Shown: positions 20,287 to 29,290 of the stretch, one piece after another
Layout: each line of letters opens with the position of its first letter
Numbering within the stretch: position 1 is the first letter of the stretch
DNA from: a virus
DNA length: 56,119 nt
Strand: one strand, 5' to 3'
IMG/VR virus record: IMGVR_UViG_3300024308_000021
Coordinates: 69,467 to 125,585 of that record
Translations under genes and position numbers: made by a program
Notes under the pieces: generated by a model
Database searches by the model: none
What the model saw: only the letters and a program-made list of their open reading frames with translations
What the model was told of the DNA's origin: nothing

Positions 20287-20922
20287 ATGTTTAATTTCAT
20301 CCGTGATGCAATCGCAGTGTACAAAATCCGCTCAGTAATGGGCAAAGAAGCAAACTGGATCTCCGAAGTCGAGTTCCCCAATGTACAGATCGGTAGTATC
20401 CTGCCAGTCATCATAGCTACTTTCCCAAGTGGCGATATCCGCAGTATTCACTGCTACCGTAACGATCGTCCGAAAGTAATGGACAAGTTCGTGGAAGCTG
20501 GTATCTCGGTAGTAGCCGCTGACCTTGAAGTCGTGAGTCTGCATTCCGGTAAGATCGAAGGGTTCAAACTGATCCCCGATTACAACACCAAGGTGACTTT
20601 CCACAAGTCACCGTCTGTGTGTGAATACATGCGCCTGAACTCGATACTGAAAGATCTCAGCAGTCGTGCTCAGATGGAGTTTGTAGGTATCGGTAAGATC
20701 CGCAACGCTCAAGTAGGTGATGTCCACAACCACCTGTGTATCATTCACCCGAGCGGAGCACACAGCTCCAGAATCATTCGTTGCCCGTCTCTGGAGTACG
20801 GGTTGGTACTCCTGGAAAGCGATTTAGCTTTCTTGAAAGAAGCAGGTTACGATGTCCGCGTAACTCGTGCGAAAGTTACCGGCGTACACAAAGGTCGTAT
20901 TGTCGCTGTTACTCACAACTAA
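20287..20922 (+). CDS. Hypothetical early protein with internal duplication
   Basis: 211 aa. Both halves contain NxQ[IV]G...PSG...EAG...V..[LV]H.G[KR]I. Confidence 0.75.
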   Translation: MFNFIRDAIAVYKIRSVMGKEANWISEVEFPNVQIGSILPVIIATFPSGDIRSIHCYRNDRPKVMDKFVEAGISVVAADLEVVSLHSGKIEGFKLIPDYNTKVTFHKSPSVCEYMRLNSILKDLSSRAQMEFVGIGKIRNAQVGDVHNHLCIIHPSGAHSSRIIRCPSLEYGLVLLESDLAFLKEAGYDVRVTRAKVTGVHKGRIVAVTHN

Positions 20923-20975
20923 TCCCTGGGGAGCTTAGGCTCCCCTTACAAACCCTTTAATAGAAGGTACTGAAA

Positions 20976-21059
20976 ATGAAAACTGCAATCTACTCCGCAA
21001 TCGTATACCCTGGCTTTTTCGCACTGACCTACTGGGCAGGAATGATCCTGACTCGCTGA
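20976..21059 (+). CDS. Small hydrophobic peptide (27 aa), absent from the ORF track
   Basis: MKTAIYSAIVYPGFFALTYWAGMILTR. Leader copy 3 (20950-20967) precedes it at the same 8-nt spacing as for the neighbouring genes. Confidence 0.6.
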   Translation: MKTAIYSAIVYPGFFALTYWAGMILTR

Positions 21060-21070
21060 GAGTATTACTC

Positions 21071-21094
21071 GAGCTTATTCGAAAGAGTAGGCTC
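21071..21094 (+). other. GAAA-capped RNA hairpin in an intergenic leader
   Basis: GAGCTTATTC-GAAA-GAGTAGGCTC. Its G-U pairs form only on the + strand, and there is no U-tract. Confidence 0.65.
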
Positions 21095-21134
21095 TAAGAA
21101 ATACCCACATCCCTTACAAAGAAGGAATACACAA

Positions 21135-21863
21135 ATGCGTAACATCGAATCTTTAGTAAAACCCGAAATGACTGCTTTCCTGGATATGGTACTTCCGAAA
21201 GAAGCCATGGGTGAAGTCCGCAAGGAACACCTCGACGCAATTAACGAAATTGTACCCGACGGCAAGATCACCATGCGCAAGATGATCGAGATGCTGTACT
21301 GGATCCCTGAAATCGGAATCCCTTCTCGCATGGCTGAAGGTGAAGAACTCGATGAGGAGCTTGTGGAATCCACCCTGGAAACCATCTCTACTCTCACCGA
21401 AGCTCTGAACAGCGAGGCGCTTGAAGAACTCAAAGCGCTGTACGAAGGACTGGCTGAACTCAGTCCTGGTGCAATACTCCATGCGAAGTTCCGTCGCTCC
21501 GGCATGATCGACCTGGGCGTACTGACCACCGAGCAAACCCAACTCATTGCCAACGGCACTGGTTACGTAGACGGCTATACCAAGCTGTTTGAACAACGTG
21601 ACGATGGTTGGTACTACCAAGACCAACCCATCACTCACGGCGTGTACGTAGCTCGTGAAGCTATGCCCAAAGATCGCGTAGTGGTGATGGTCTTCCGTAA
21701 AGGTATCCCCATGGGCGCTATGTTCCAACGCTACTCCGATAGTAAGGATAGCTGGGCTAAGTGCGAGCTCCATCCAGAAATGGAGAAGCACTTCGAGAAC
21801 TACACCAACACCCAGATTGTCAACACTCTGGCTGGTGCGTGTGATCTCTACAAAGGTAAATAA
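21135..21863 (+). CDS. Hypothetical early protein
   Basis: 242 aa, strong codon bias, preceded by leader copy 4. Confidence 0.8.
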   Translation: MRNIESLVKPEMTAFLDMVLPKEAMGEVRKEHLDAINEIVPDGKITMRKMIEMLYWIPEIGIPSRMAEGEELDEELVESTLETISTLTEALNSEALEELKALYEGLAELSPGAILHAKFRRSGMIDLGVLTTEQTQLIANGTGYVDGYTKLFEQRDDGWYYQDQPITHGVYVAREAMPKDRVVVMVFRKGIPMGAMFQRYSDSKDSWAKCELHPEMEKHFENYTNTQIVNTLAGACDLYKGK

Positions 21864-21865
21864 TA

Positions 21866-21906
21866 GAGGAGGGCCTTAGGCCCTCCTCCTGTTTCTTTTT
21901 TTTTTT
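21866..21906. terminator. Intrinsic terminator between convergent genes
   Basis: GAGGAGGGCC-TTA-GGCCCTCCTC followed by a long T-run. Confidence 0.85.
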
Positions 21907-21913
21907 GGTTTCG

Positions 21914-23452
21914 TTAAGCAGCATCGTACCAAGCTAGACCACCACCTTGAGCCGCAGGCTTGGCACCTACTTTCAGCAGACTCAGGTCTTCGGAATTCAC
22001 ATCGTCCAGTATCCCACCAGCTTCTTCGAAGCGGAACACACAGAACAGGTCTTTCTCAGCGGTAATCTCGAACTTACGATGTTTACCACGCATGACACAC
22101 AGATACGACACACCATCGCGTTTGACTATGTGCAGGTAAAGCTCCAGGTCAACTTCCTGGTCGATTACACGACACGAGTCCCAGTAACCTTTGTTCGCAA
22201 TCTCCTTAACGAAGTCTTCTTGTGGACGACCATCACGCAGCAGAGCTTTAGCATCAGATGCCAGCTGATGCGGAGTCATGAACAGAATACCGCGTGGGTT
22301 CGTGAAGTTACGTACACGACGGAACAGATCACGAACATCACTCCCCATAGGCCCTTGGTTGCAGCCTTTCTTGGAGATCATGTTCAGGTAGTCAAACAGA
22401 CACGCATGGATTTCGAAACCATCAGCTTCCAGAGCCAGGATTTGATCGAACAGGTCACGATAAGTGTAGTCCGAAGGATTCACCCGCAGCATCTTCACGT
22501 AGTAACCGTTCACACTCAGACGCTCGTTTACGTAACGAGCAATCTCAGCGGGCGGAATACCACGAACGTCGACGAGTTGCTTGGTTTCGTTTTCTTTGAG
22601 GTTTTTGTACAACCACATCAGGTTGTCTTTTACTGAGTTCTCCGTGGAGATCATCAGCAACATCGGTTTCTTTTCTTTGTCCAACATATACGGCTTGTTG
22701 TACAAAGCGAAATGTTTCAGCTGGTTAAGCATCCACCCCGATTTGAAGTTGTGTTGCAGAGCGCCTACTACAGCAAAGTCGCCACGACGATAATAAGTAG
22801 TACCACCCAGCATCCGGTTGATACCCTGCCAGCCAGACATCAACATGCCTTCGACAGTGTTCTCTTCCAGACTACGCTTAACAGCATCTTCCAGTGAACC
22901 CAGGTCACTGAAATCGATTTCATCTACTACACTGGTACGAGTCAGTACACCCACACCTGAACGCAGTGGTTCCAGGTCTCCGATGACTTCATCTACCAGA
23001 GCTTTGAAGTCTACTTGAGTATTGGAGAAGTGAGCAGTGGAGTAGTGTTTTTTCAATACTTCACGGATTCTAAAATCCCGATTGTAGGTTTTCAGCTCGT
23101 CTTGGTAACGCAACACACAGCGTTTGATTTCAGACTGAGCATCCAGTGGTTTCAGAGCACTGGTAAAAGCTTCATACAGCGCTACATCGTCGCCTACTGC
23201 GATGCGTATCCTTTGAAGCAGGTAATCCATATCCACAGCGGCATCGCTGGGTTGCTCTATGAGATGCAACACAGTAGCGCGCAGCGAGATCAACACCTCA
23301 CGGTATTTGTCATGCTCTATACTGGAGTCCGGCAGTTTGATAGTACCGAGCACTTCTTTTACGAATTCTTTGGAGTCGTAATTGCGCTTTTCGAGCTGTG
23401 ACTCTCGAAACAAAAGAGCAATGCAATGCAGAAAAAGAAGTTTGGGTTCCAT
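21914..23452 (-). CDS. dnaB: DnaB-like replicative helicase (phiKZ gp118-like)
   Basis: SF4 helicase layout: SGWQGINRMLGG, variant Walker A GALQHNFKSG, ISTEN, Walker B LFDYL, TPHQL, QEVD, RGKHR. Sits next to the capsid gene as in phiKZ-like phages. Confidence 0.85.
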   Translation of the reverse strand: MEPKLLFLHCIALLFRESQLEKRNYDSKEFVKEVLGTIKLPDSSIEHDKYREVLISLRATVLHLIEQPSDAAVDMDYLLQRIRIAVGDDVALYEAFTSALKPLDAQSEIKRCVLRYQDELKTYNRDFRIREVLKKHYSTAHFSNTQVDFKALVDEVIGDLEPLRSGVGVLTRTSVVDEIDFSDLGSLEDAVKRSLEENTVEGMLMSGWQGINRMLGGTTYYRRGDFAVVGALQHNFKSGWMLNQLKHFALYNKPYMLDKEKKPMLLMISTENSVKDNLMWLYKNLKENETKQLVDVRGIPPAEIARYVNERLSVNGYYVKMLRVNPSDYTYRDLFDQILALEADGFEIHACLFDYLNMISKKGCNQGPMGSDVRDLFRRVRNFTNPRGILFMTPHQLASDAKALLRDGRPQEDFVKEIANKGYWDSCRVIDQEVDLELYLHIVKRDGVSYLCVMRGKHRKFEITAEKDLFCVFRFEEAGGILDDVNSEDLSLLKVGAKPAAQGGGLAWYDAA

Positions 23453-23500
23453 TGGTCAACCTTAATTTGTTAGTAAACTTTTTCAAGGAGTCATAGTGTT

Positions 23501-24142
23501 ATGTTTTTCAAATTCAACCCTATTACCCAGCAACACGAACCCCGCCCGATTGTGGTTCCGTACTGGTTGAAGCAGTACCTCGACGAGGAAAACATCAGTT
23601 TGAATCGTTTCGTAAAAGCCCTGAATGGCATCGACGGGGATCTGACATCTATACTCTCAGAGCAGGACATAAAAGTTTACATCGCCATGCAGGGAGTAAT
23701 CGGAGTCTACGCCGACTATAACCCACTGGCTAGTTTGATCCAGGAAGCCGAGTCTACTGACTCCATCATCCGTCGCACCCTAGCTTCCCCTGAGTGGGTT
23801 CAGGTTGCCACCGGCATGGGAGAGTACCCACCACACACCCAAATGCGTGCTATCTACTATGAAGCGATGCTGGGCGCTAATTTTGCCTATGGTTTTAATG
23901 GCGACTTTAGTGGCAAGGCTTGGCTGACTGGAAACACACCACAGATGAAGCTAACACCCGCACTGGTGGAAGACTGTTTGATTATCTGCGTTGAGCCCTC
24001 CGGCGATCCTATTGATATGAAAGCATTTGCCAGTCAGTGTATTGAACTGCTCTACTCATCTATGAGCTTTTCGCAAATCGTTCGTTCACCCTACATGTCC
24101 TTGTATATGAAGGCTGCACGAGCTTTATTTACTCAAAGGTAA
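23501..24142 (+). CDS. Conserved hypothetical / virion-associated protein upstream of the capsid gene
   Basis: 213 aa, AAGGAG RBS, lies between helicase and capsid genes. Confidence 0.7.
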   Translation: MFFKFNPITQQHEPRPIVVPYWLKQYLDEENISLNRFVKALNGIDGDLTSILSEQDIKVYIAMQGVIGVYADYNPLASLIQEAESTDSIIRRTLASPEWVQVATGMGEYPPHTQMRAIYYEAMLGANFAYGFNGDFSGKAWLTGNTPQMKLTPALVEDCLIICVEPSGDPIDMKAFASQCIELLYSSMSFSQIVRSPYMSLYMKAARALFTQR

Positions 24143-24203
24143 GCAACCAAGCCAGTGCGGCTAATGGTATGTGAACAAATCTCACTTCGTACGGAGAGTA
24201 AAC

Positions 24204-26453
24204 ATGTCTTTCTTTAATAAGCAAAACGAGCAGGAAAAAGGTTTCGGCCACCTGGTAGGTGCACTGCGCTCTAGCCTGAGCGATGGCAGCATCGGTATTC
24301 AATCCAACCACGCTTCCATGGTTTTCTCCACCGAGAGCCTGGACGCTACCGCAGTCCAGGACATGAACCGTCTGGGTTCCACCATCGGTGCTACCATCGA
24401 TGCAGTCCTGTCTCAAGAAGAGATGGAACTGGTTCCTCAGTTCGAATCTGCTGACGGTGCCAAGTCCGACTACCTGACCAAAATGGCAGAGCGCTCTGCC
24501 AACGCAGCTAAAGAAGCTGCTACTATCGCCATGATCGGCGGTAAAGGTAACCCGACCCAGTACGTTGAGCAAGCCAATGCCGTCGGTTACTCCACTGAAG
24601 GCGCTGACGTTGTAACTCCGTATCTGCCGGGTGGTGACTTCGACCTGAACGGTCTGGGTGCCTCCAACCTGACCTACGAAGCTTTCGAAGGCAAAGACTT
24701 CGATCGCGTTGCTGCATGGGCCGGTTCCTGGAACCTGGGCGCTGCTCGTCAGGATACCTTCGTTGAAGCGTTCTTCCCGACCACCGTTCTGAACCCAGAT
24801 CAGAACGCCTACGACATGACCATCAACCGCACCATGACCATGCGTGGCGTACGTCGTAAGCTGTCCGGCGACCCGACCGACCTCGGCTACAAGAACATCC
24901 TGGAAGCGTACAAGAATGGTGCCATGCTGAAGAACCAGCACACCACTCTGACTCCGTACCGCGCTGCCGACGATTCCAACGCCGACAAGTTCATCGACGA
25001 AGCTCTGTTTGCTCCGGAAACCAAGACCATCGATGGCGTCGACTACATCACCGCTCCTCTGGCGATGAACGTACCGGTTGACATCATGGGTGTTTCCCAG
25101 AACCCGAACGTTCTGGAAGGTACCTTCTCTCAGACTGACCAACTCGACGGCTTCATGCGTGTTGACCAGCTGTATATGAAGGTCACTCACACCGAAGGTG
25201 CTGAGACCAAGACCTCCGTGCTGAAGTTCAACACCATTGCCATGGATCGCAGCCAGTTCGTCAAGTCCCCGACCGGTGACTGGATGGAATTCCTGCTGAG
25301 CATGCCGACCAAAGACATCGCTGTTCAGCACGATCAGCTCGACGCCAAAGGTAACGTAGCTGAAGCTCTGGCCGCTCTGAAAGCCGCTGGCTACAACGTA
25401 CGTTTCTCTGTAAACGTTTCCGGTGAAGCCAACGTACAGACTGGTACTGTTAACGTGTTCTCCAACAAGCCGACCGTTGTTGAAGTACGTAACAAGACCA
25501 CTGGTGAAATCGTAGATCACAAGTCCGGCGCTGTTGCTGCACTGCTGGCCAAGATGACCTTCGAATTCGTTGCGTTTGACGGTACCTTCCGTCGTACCAA
25601 CGGTAACCGTCGTACCCAGGGCCTGCTGATCGACCGTAACGTGCGTAAAGTTCGCTACGTCGTGCCCATCGGTGCTCCGATCTCCGTACAGACCACTCTG
25701 AACGAAGCCGAAGATACCCAGAGCATCAACGACCTGATCAACGGTACCCGTCTGCGTAACAGCATCATCGGTGTCGACACCGTCCACGAGAAGTTCGAAG
25801 CTCTGCTCGAACTCAAGAAGAACGCTCCGGAAGTCTTCCTGGGCGAGCGTATTCCTGAGTCTCTGGAAGGTCCTGGTAAGTTCCTGTGCCGTCCGTTCGT
25901 CAAGCACCTGGATCTGGACGTTTACGCCAAGCTGCAGTCCCTGAACTCTGGCGATCGTATCGAAGACCTCAACGCTCTGCTGTGCAACACCATCCGTGAT
26001 GCCGGTAACGAGATGATGATCGACTCGAACTACCTGCCGGTGCTGGCTACCTACACCCAGGGTGCCGAGACTCGTCCGCACATGCTGGTCGGTACTGACC
26101 TGAACATCCCGCAGTACCTGATGACCAAAGGTGATCCGCGTAGCTTCGGTCCGAACCTGGACTCCACCGTGGTTGCCTCTCCGCAGGACTCCATGGAGAA
26201 CTACATCTACCTGGTGTTCTCTCGTGTCAACCGTCAAGGTCCGGATCCCCTGTCCTTCGGTAGCCACCTGTGGATTCCTGAGCTGGTGCAGATCGGTCAG
26301 GTCTACGACGCTGGCGCGAACATCAAGCAGCTCACAGTGTCTCCGCGTAACATCCACACCATGCAGTTGCCGTGTATGTACCGGATCAAGGTCATCAACC
26401 TCCAGAAGGCTATCACCGAGCTGGTCAAGTTCCCGACCAAAGAAATGGCTTAA
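24204..26453 (+). CDS. Major capsid protein (phiKZ gp120-like)
   Basis: About 749 aa, start refined to ATG 24204 (GGAG RBS). Strongest codon bias in the window, propeptide with STE/SQE/TYE sites, AARQD.F.EAFFPT motif, strong terminator after it. Confidence 0.9.
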   Translation: MSFFNKQNEQEKGFGHLVGALRSSLSDGSIGIQSNHASMVFSTESLDATAVQDMNRLGSTIGATIDAVLSQEEMELVPQFESADGAKSDYLTKMAERSANAAKEAATIAMIGGKGNPTQYVEQANAVGYSTEGADVVTPYLPGGDFDLNGLGASNLTYEAFEGKDFDRVAAWAGSWNLGAARQDTFVEAFFPTTVLNPDQNAYDMTINRTMTMRGVRRKLSGDPTDLGYKNILEAYKNGAMLKNQHTTLTPYRAADDSNADKFIDEALFAPETKTIDGVDYITAPLAMNVPVDIMGVSQNPNVLEGTFSQTDQLDGFMRVDQLYMKVTHTEGAETKTSVLKFNTIAMDRSQFVKSPTGDWMEFLLSMPTKDIAVQHDQLDAKGNVAEALAALKAAGYNVRFSVNVSGEANVQTGTVNVFSNKPTVVEVRNKTTGEIVDHKSGAVAALLAKMTFEFVAFDGTFRRTNGNRRTQGLLIDRNVRKVRYVVPIGAPISVQTTLNEAEDTQSINDLINGTRLRNSIIGVDTVHEKFEALLELKKNAPEVFLGERIPESLEGPGKFLCRPFVKHLDLDVYAKLQSLNSGDRIEDLNALLCNTIRDAGNEMMIDSNYLPVLATYTQGAETRPHMLVGTDLNIPQYLMTKGDPRSFGPNLDSTVVASPQDSMENYIYLVFSRVNRQGPDPLSFGSHLWIPELVQIGQVYDAGANIKQLTVSPRNIHTMQLPCMYRIKVINLQKAITELVKFPTKEMA

Positions 26454-26477
26454 TCTCCATTTCGATGTATATAAAGC

Positions 26478-26504
26478 AGAGGGGCTTCGGCCCCTCTCTT
26501 TTTT
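26478..26504 (+). terminator. Intrinsic terminator with UUCG loop
   Basis: AGAGGGGC-TTCG-GCCCCTCT followed by CTTTTTT. Confidence 0.9.
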
Positions 26505-26510
26505 GCCCGA

Positions 26511-26537
26511 TTCGAAAATACCTCAGACTTATATTAC
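26511..26537 (+). promoter_or_regulatory. Putative early promoter driving the RNAP-subunit operon
   Basis: TTCGAAAATACCT-N6-TATATTAC, an exact phiKZ early core. Aligns without gaps to 54741-54767. Confidence 0.7.
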
Positions 26538-26593
26538 ACTAATGCCCCTTAGCTGAAAAACAATAACAATCCTTTTAACCAACGATAAATCGG

Positions 26594-27646
26594 TTGACAA
26601 CTATGCAATGCTTATTGGCTAAGACATTAGAACCAAAAGAAGATTTGCAGTTTTTAGGGAGTCCGAATATAGCTTATACAGCTATTCGTTCGGTAGTAAA
26701 TGAAACCACGGAAACGATTTACGTGGTGGACGGTCAAGGGATACTTACTACAATCCCCCCTCTCGATCCCGTCGAGAACAGATTGCAGTACCCAGGCTGT
26801 GTAACAGTTAGTCTGAAAATGGGCTTTAGTCCTCGCGACATCGACCCACGCAAACCTTCTGTAACAGCTCGAGTACCAGATCGCGTAGCCGACATTCTTC
26901 CTGAAGAGAATCTCAAAGTAGCTCGCCATCTGGCCAACCCCAGTCGCGGTAATCCTAACTGCCATTGGAATCGTCCCGCTGATGTTATTCTACCATCCGG
27001 TATGATGCTGAGTGACAGTGTTATGCACATCACTCTAGATGAGATCAAATCTGACAGCACTAACGCTAAGTTCGTGGCTCAGGTAGGTCTTTACATCGGA
27101 TTGGATGAAGACTTTATGTTGAAAACTACGCATCCGTTTATTGCTATGCGTAATGATCATTGCTTGGAGATGTTGGAAGCAGAACGCAGAGCTTCTTCAG
27201 GAGTGGTGTACGAACTCGTAGATCCCGGTAAAAGATACGGAACGATTTGGTATCTGGAGGGAGAGACCGCTCGTAGTGTAACGGCTTGTCCTAACACACA
27301 ACGAGTAGCTGGGTTGTATATCAAACGTACAGAACACTCCAAAGGTTGGACTGAGCAGCATTTTCCGCTGGAAGGTTTGTTAGATGGTCCAAAAGACGGT
27401 ATCAGGTTTTGGGCTACTGCGGAAGAAGCTAGCAAAAACACAGCCGAGGCTCTTGCTGCTTTAGAGTTGGAAAACACCAAACTCCGAGCAGAGCAAACTA
27501 AAGCACAAGCACGAGTCGAAGCCGCTGAGTTAGATCGTATCAGCGCTGCACGTAAAGATGCTAGTGACGGGATTAAGTTCTGGGCGACATTAGTTACTGC
27601 TTTGGTAACTATTATCAGTGGATTAATTGCTATATTCAGGAGATAG
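26594..27646 (+). CDS. Conserved hypothetical protein with C-terminal coiled coil and membrane helix (phiKZ gp122-like by position)
   Basis: About 350 aa; the start could be ATG 26603. Hydrophobic tail FWATLVTALVTIISGLIAIF. Confidence 0.7.
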   Translation: MTTMQCLLAKTLEPKEDLQFLGSPNIAYTAIRSVVNETTETIYVVDGQGILTTIPPLDPVENRLQYPGCVTVSLKMGFSPRDIDPRKPSVTARVPDRVADILPEENLKVARHLANPSRGNPNCHWNRPADVILPSGMMLSDSVMHITLDEIKSDSTNAKFVAQVGLYIGLDEDFMLKTTHPFIAMRNDHCLEMLEAERRASSGVVYELVDPGKRYGTIWYLEGETARSVTACPNTQRVAGLYIKRTEHSKGWTEQHFPLEGLLDGPKDGIRFWATAEEASKNTAEALAALELENTKLRAEQTKAQARVEAAELDRISAARKDASDGIKFWATLVTALVTIISGLIAIFRR

Positions 27647-27648
27647 TT

Positions 27649-29271
27649 GTGATCGACGAGAATCTATTTGATTTCATCTTCGAGAGTCAACCCAAGTTCA
27701 ACCCAGTATTGGCGAAAGGTATTGCGACAACGGAGCTGCGTGCACCTGAGTTGCTGATCGATCGGACGTGGCGCTGTGCGGCACGTCTTTTCCCGCCAGG
27801 ATTGACCTACGAGGGGTACGAGATCTGTACTCCTCAGGAAGAACTCTTCGAACTCACTCGACGGTCAGGTAAGCAAGCTTACGAGCTTGCTCACTCTGAT
27901 GTGTATCTGGTTAAGTTCAACTTCCACCTGGATGGTAAGTTTCTGATCTCTCGCGGGCAGTACATGCCCGCACCAGACGAAGCGAACGCCATCACACTGC
28001 GAGGATCCAAGTTTACGCTGTCACCAGTCCTCGCAGATCGCTGTCTGTCGGTTTCCAAGGATACTCTGTTTATCCCACTACTGCGTGATCGTCTGAGCTT
28101 CCTACAGCTCGTACACACGCTACTGGTGGATGGTCAACCTAAACAGGTATTCGTGGAGTACTCCCGGATCCACCACCACAAACAACCACCAGAAGTGAAA
28201 CGTTATCCAGGTAACGTGAACGCTTCTACTACACTCGTACATTATCTGTTGTGTATGTACGGGATGTCTGGACTGTTTGCATTAGCCGGAGCAGTTCCTA
28301 TTCTGATTCCAGAAGGAGCTGATGACACTCCTTACCGAGCCGACCACGTTATCGTGGCTTCCAACGGTTGGAGTGACTTGGGGAATCCTTCCCGTCTGCG
28401 TCCACGCGGTGTACGGAATCGGGATTGGCAACCTCCGAAGTTCCGTCTGGCTATCCGTAAGGAAGAGTGGTCTACTACAGTAGAGTCCTTTGCAGCTGGA
28501 TTCTTCTACGTGTGTGACGTGTTCTCCGATCGCATACTGGAATGTGACCTCGAAGACACGCACTTGTGGCGGGTACTGCTGGGGATTGCTATCTTCGGTA
28601 ACTCCGTGTCCGAAGGTAAGCTCTACGAAGACGTAGTAGCTCACCTGAGTTCTCTGGAGGAGTACATCGATGAGATTGCTCGAGAAGATCTCTCAGCTGA
28701 TCGTATCATGGTTTCTTCAGCGTTTGAGTTGTTTGTTTACGTTATTGAAAACATGACGAGCATGGTTGTGTCTACCGACGTTACTAACCTGGAAGGTAAA
28801 CGTCTCGTGACCTGGAAGTACGTGCTGTTCGGATTGATCACAGCTATCTTTAAGTTTGCGTATTCACTGCGTAGTAAGAATCGTAAGCTTTCCGAAAGGG
28901 ATCTGATTACTCGTTTCAACCGAGGGATCACTCCTGAGCTGATCATGCGTATCAACAGTATCACTGGGATTGTTTCCAGTATCTCCTCCCCAGGAGATTC
29001 CATGGTACTGAAATACACTTCCACTGTAATACCACAGTCTTCAGCATCCACGTCTAATCGTGGTAAGTCTGCGGAACTGTCTTTGGATGACCCTACACTG
29101 CGTCCCAACGCTACAGCGCTGTCCGTAGGTAGTTACCTAAACTTACCTAAGAGTTTACCATCACCACTGTCTAAGGCGAATATGTACGGCTTGTTAGGCC
29201 GTAACGGAGAAATCCTGATCCGCGAATCCGATCGGGAATTCCTGGAAAACGTAGACGCCGATCTAATCTAA
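27649..29271 (+). CDS. DNA-directed RNA polymerase beta-like subunit, N-terminal part (non-virion RNAP, phiKZ gp123-like)
   Basis: 540 aa with PKFNP.LA.G, GLTY.GY..CTP.E, SDVYLVKF.F and LRGS.F..SPVL.D motifs, two genes after the capsid gene. Split RNAP subunits are established for this family. Confidence 0.8.
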   Translation: MIDENLFDFIFESQPKFNPVLAKGIATTELRAPELLIDRTWRCAARLFPPGLTYEGYEICTPQEELFELTRRSGKQAYELAHSDVYLVKFNFHLDGKFLISRGQYMPAPDEANAITLRGSKFTLSPVLADRCLSVSKDTLFIPLLRDRLSFLQLVHTLLVDGQPKQVFVEYSRIHHHKQPPEVKRYPGNVNASTTLVHYLLCMYGMSGLFALAGAVPILIPEGADDTPYRADHVIVASNGWSDLGNPSRLRPRGVRNRDWQPPKFRLAIRKEEWSTTVESFAAGFFYVCDVFSDRILECDLEDTHLWRVLLGIAIFGNSVSEGKLYEDVVAHLSSLEEYIDEIAREDLSADRIMVSSAFELFVYVIENMTSMVVSTDVTNLEGKRLVTWKYVLFGLITAIFKFAYSLRSKNRKLSERDLITRFNRGITPELIMRINSITGIVSSISSPGDSMVLKYTSTVIPQSSASTSNRGKSAELSLDDPTLRPNATALSVGSYLNLPKSLPSPLSKANMYGLLGRNGEILIRESDREFLENVDADLI

Positions 29272-29290
29272 AACCGAATAGGAGTAGGAC

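Noticed and set aside
21914-23452. Atypical Walker A (GALQHNFKSG) as a sign of an inactive helicase
   Set aside because: As I recall, this variant is usual in phiKZ-like DnaB proteins, and the other motifs are intact.
24129-26357. 742 aa antisense ORF spanning the major capsid gene
   Set aside because: It mirrors the capsid codons. The capsid's strong codon bias avoids TTA/CTA/TCA, which removes antisense stops. No RBS and no protein-like features.
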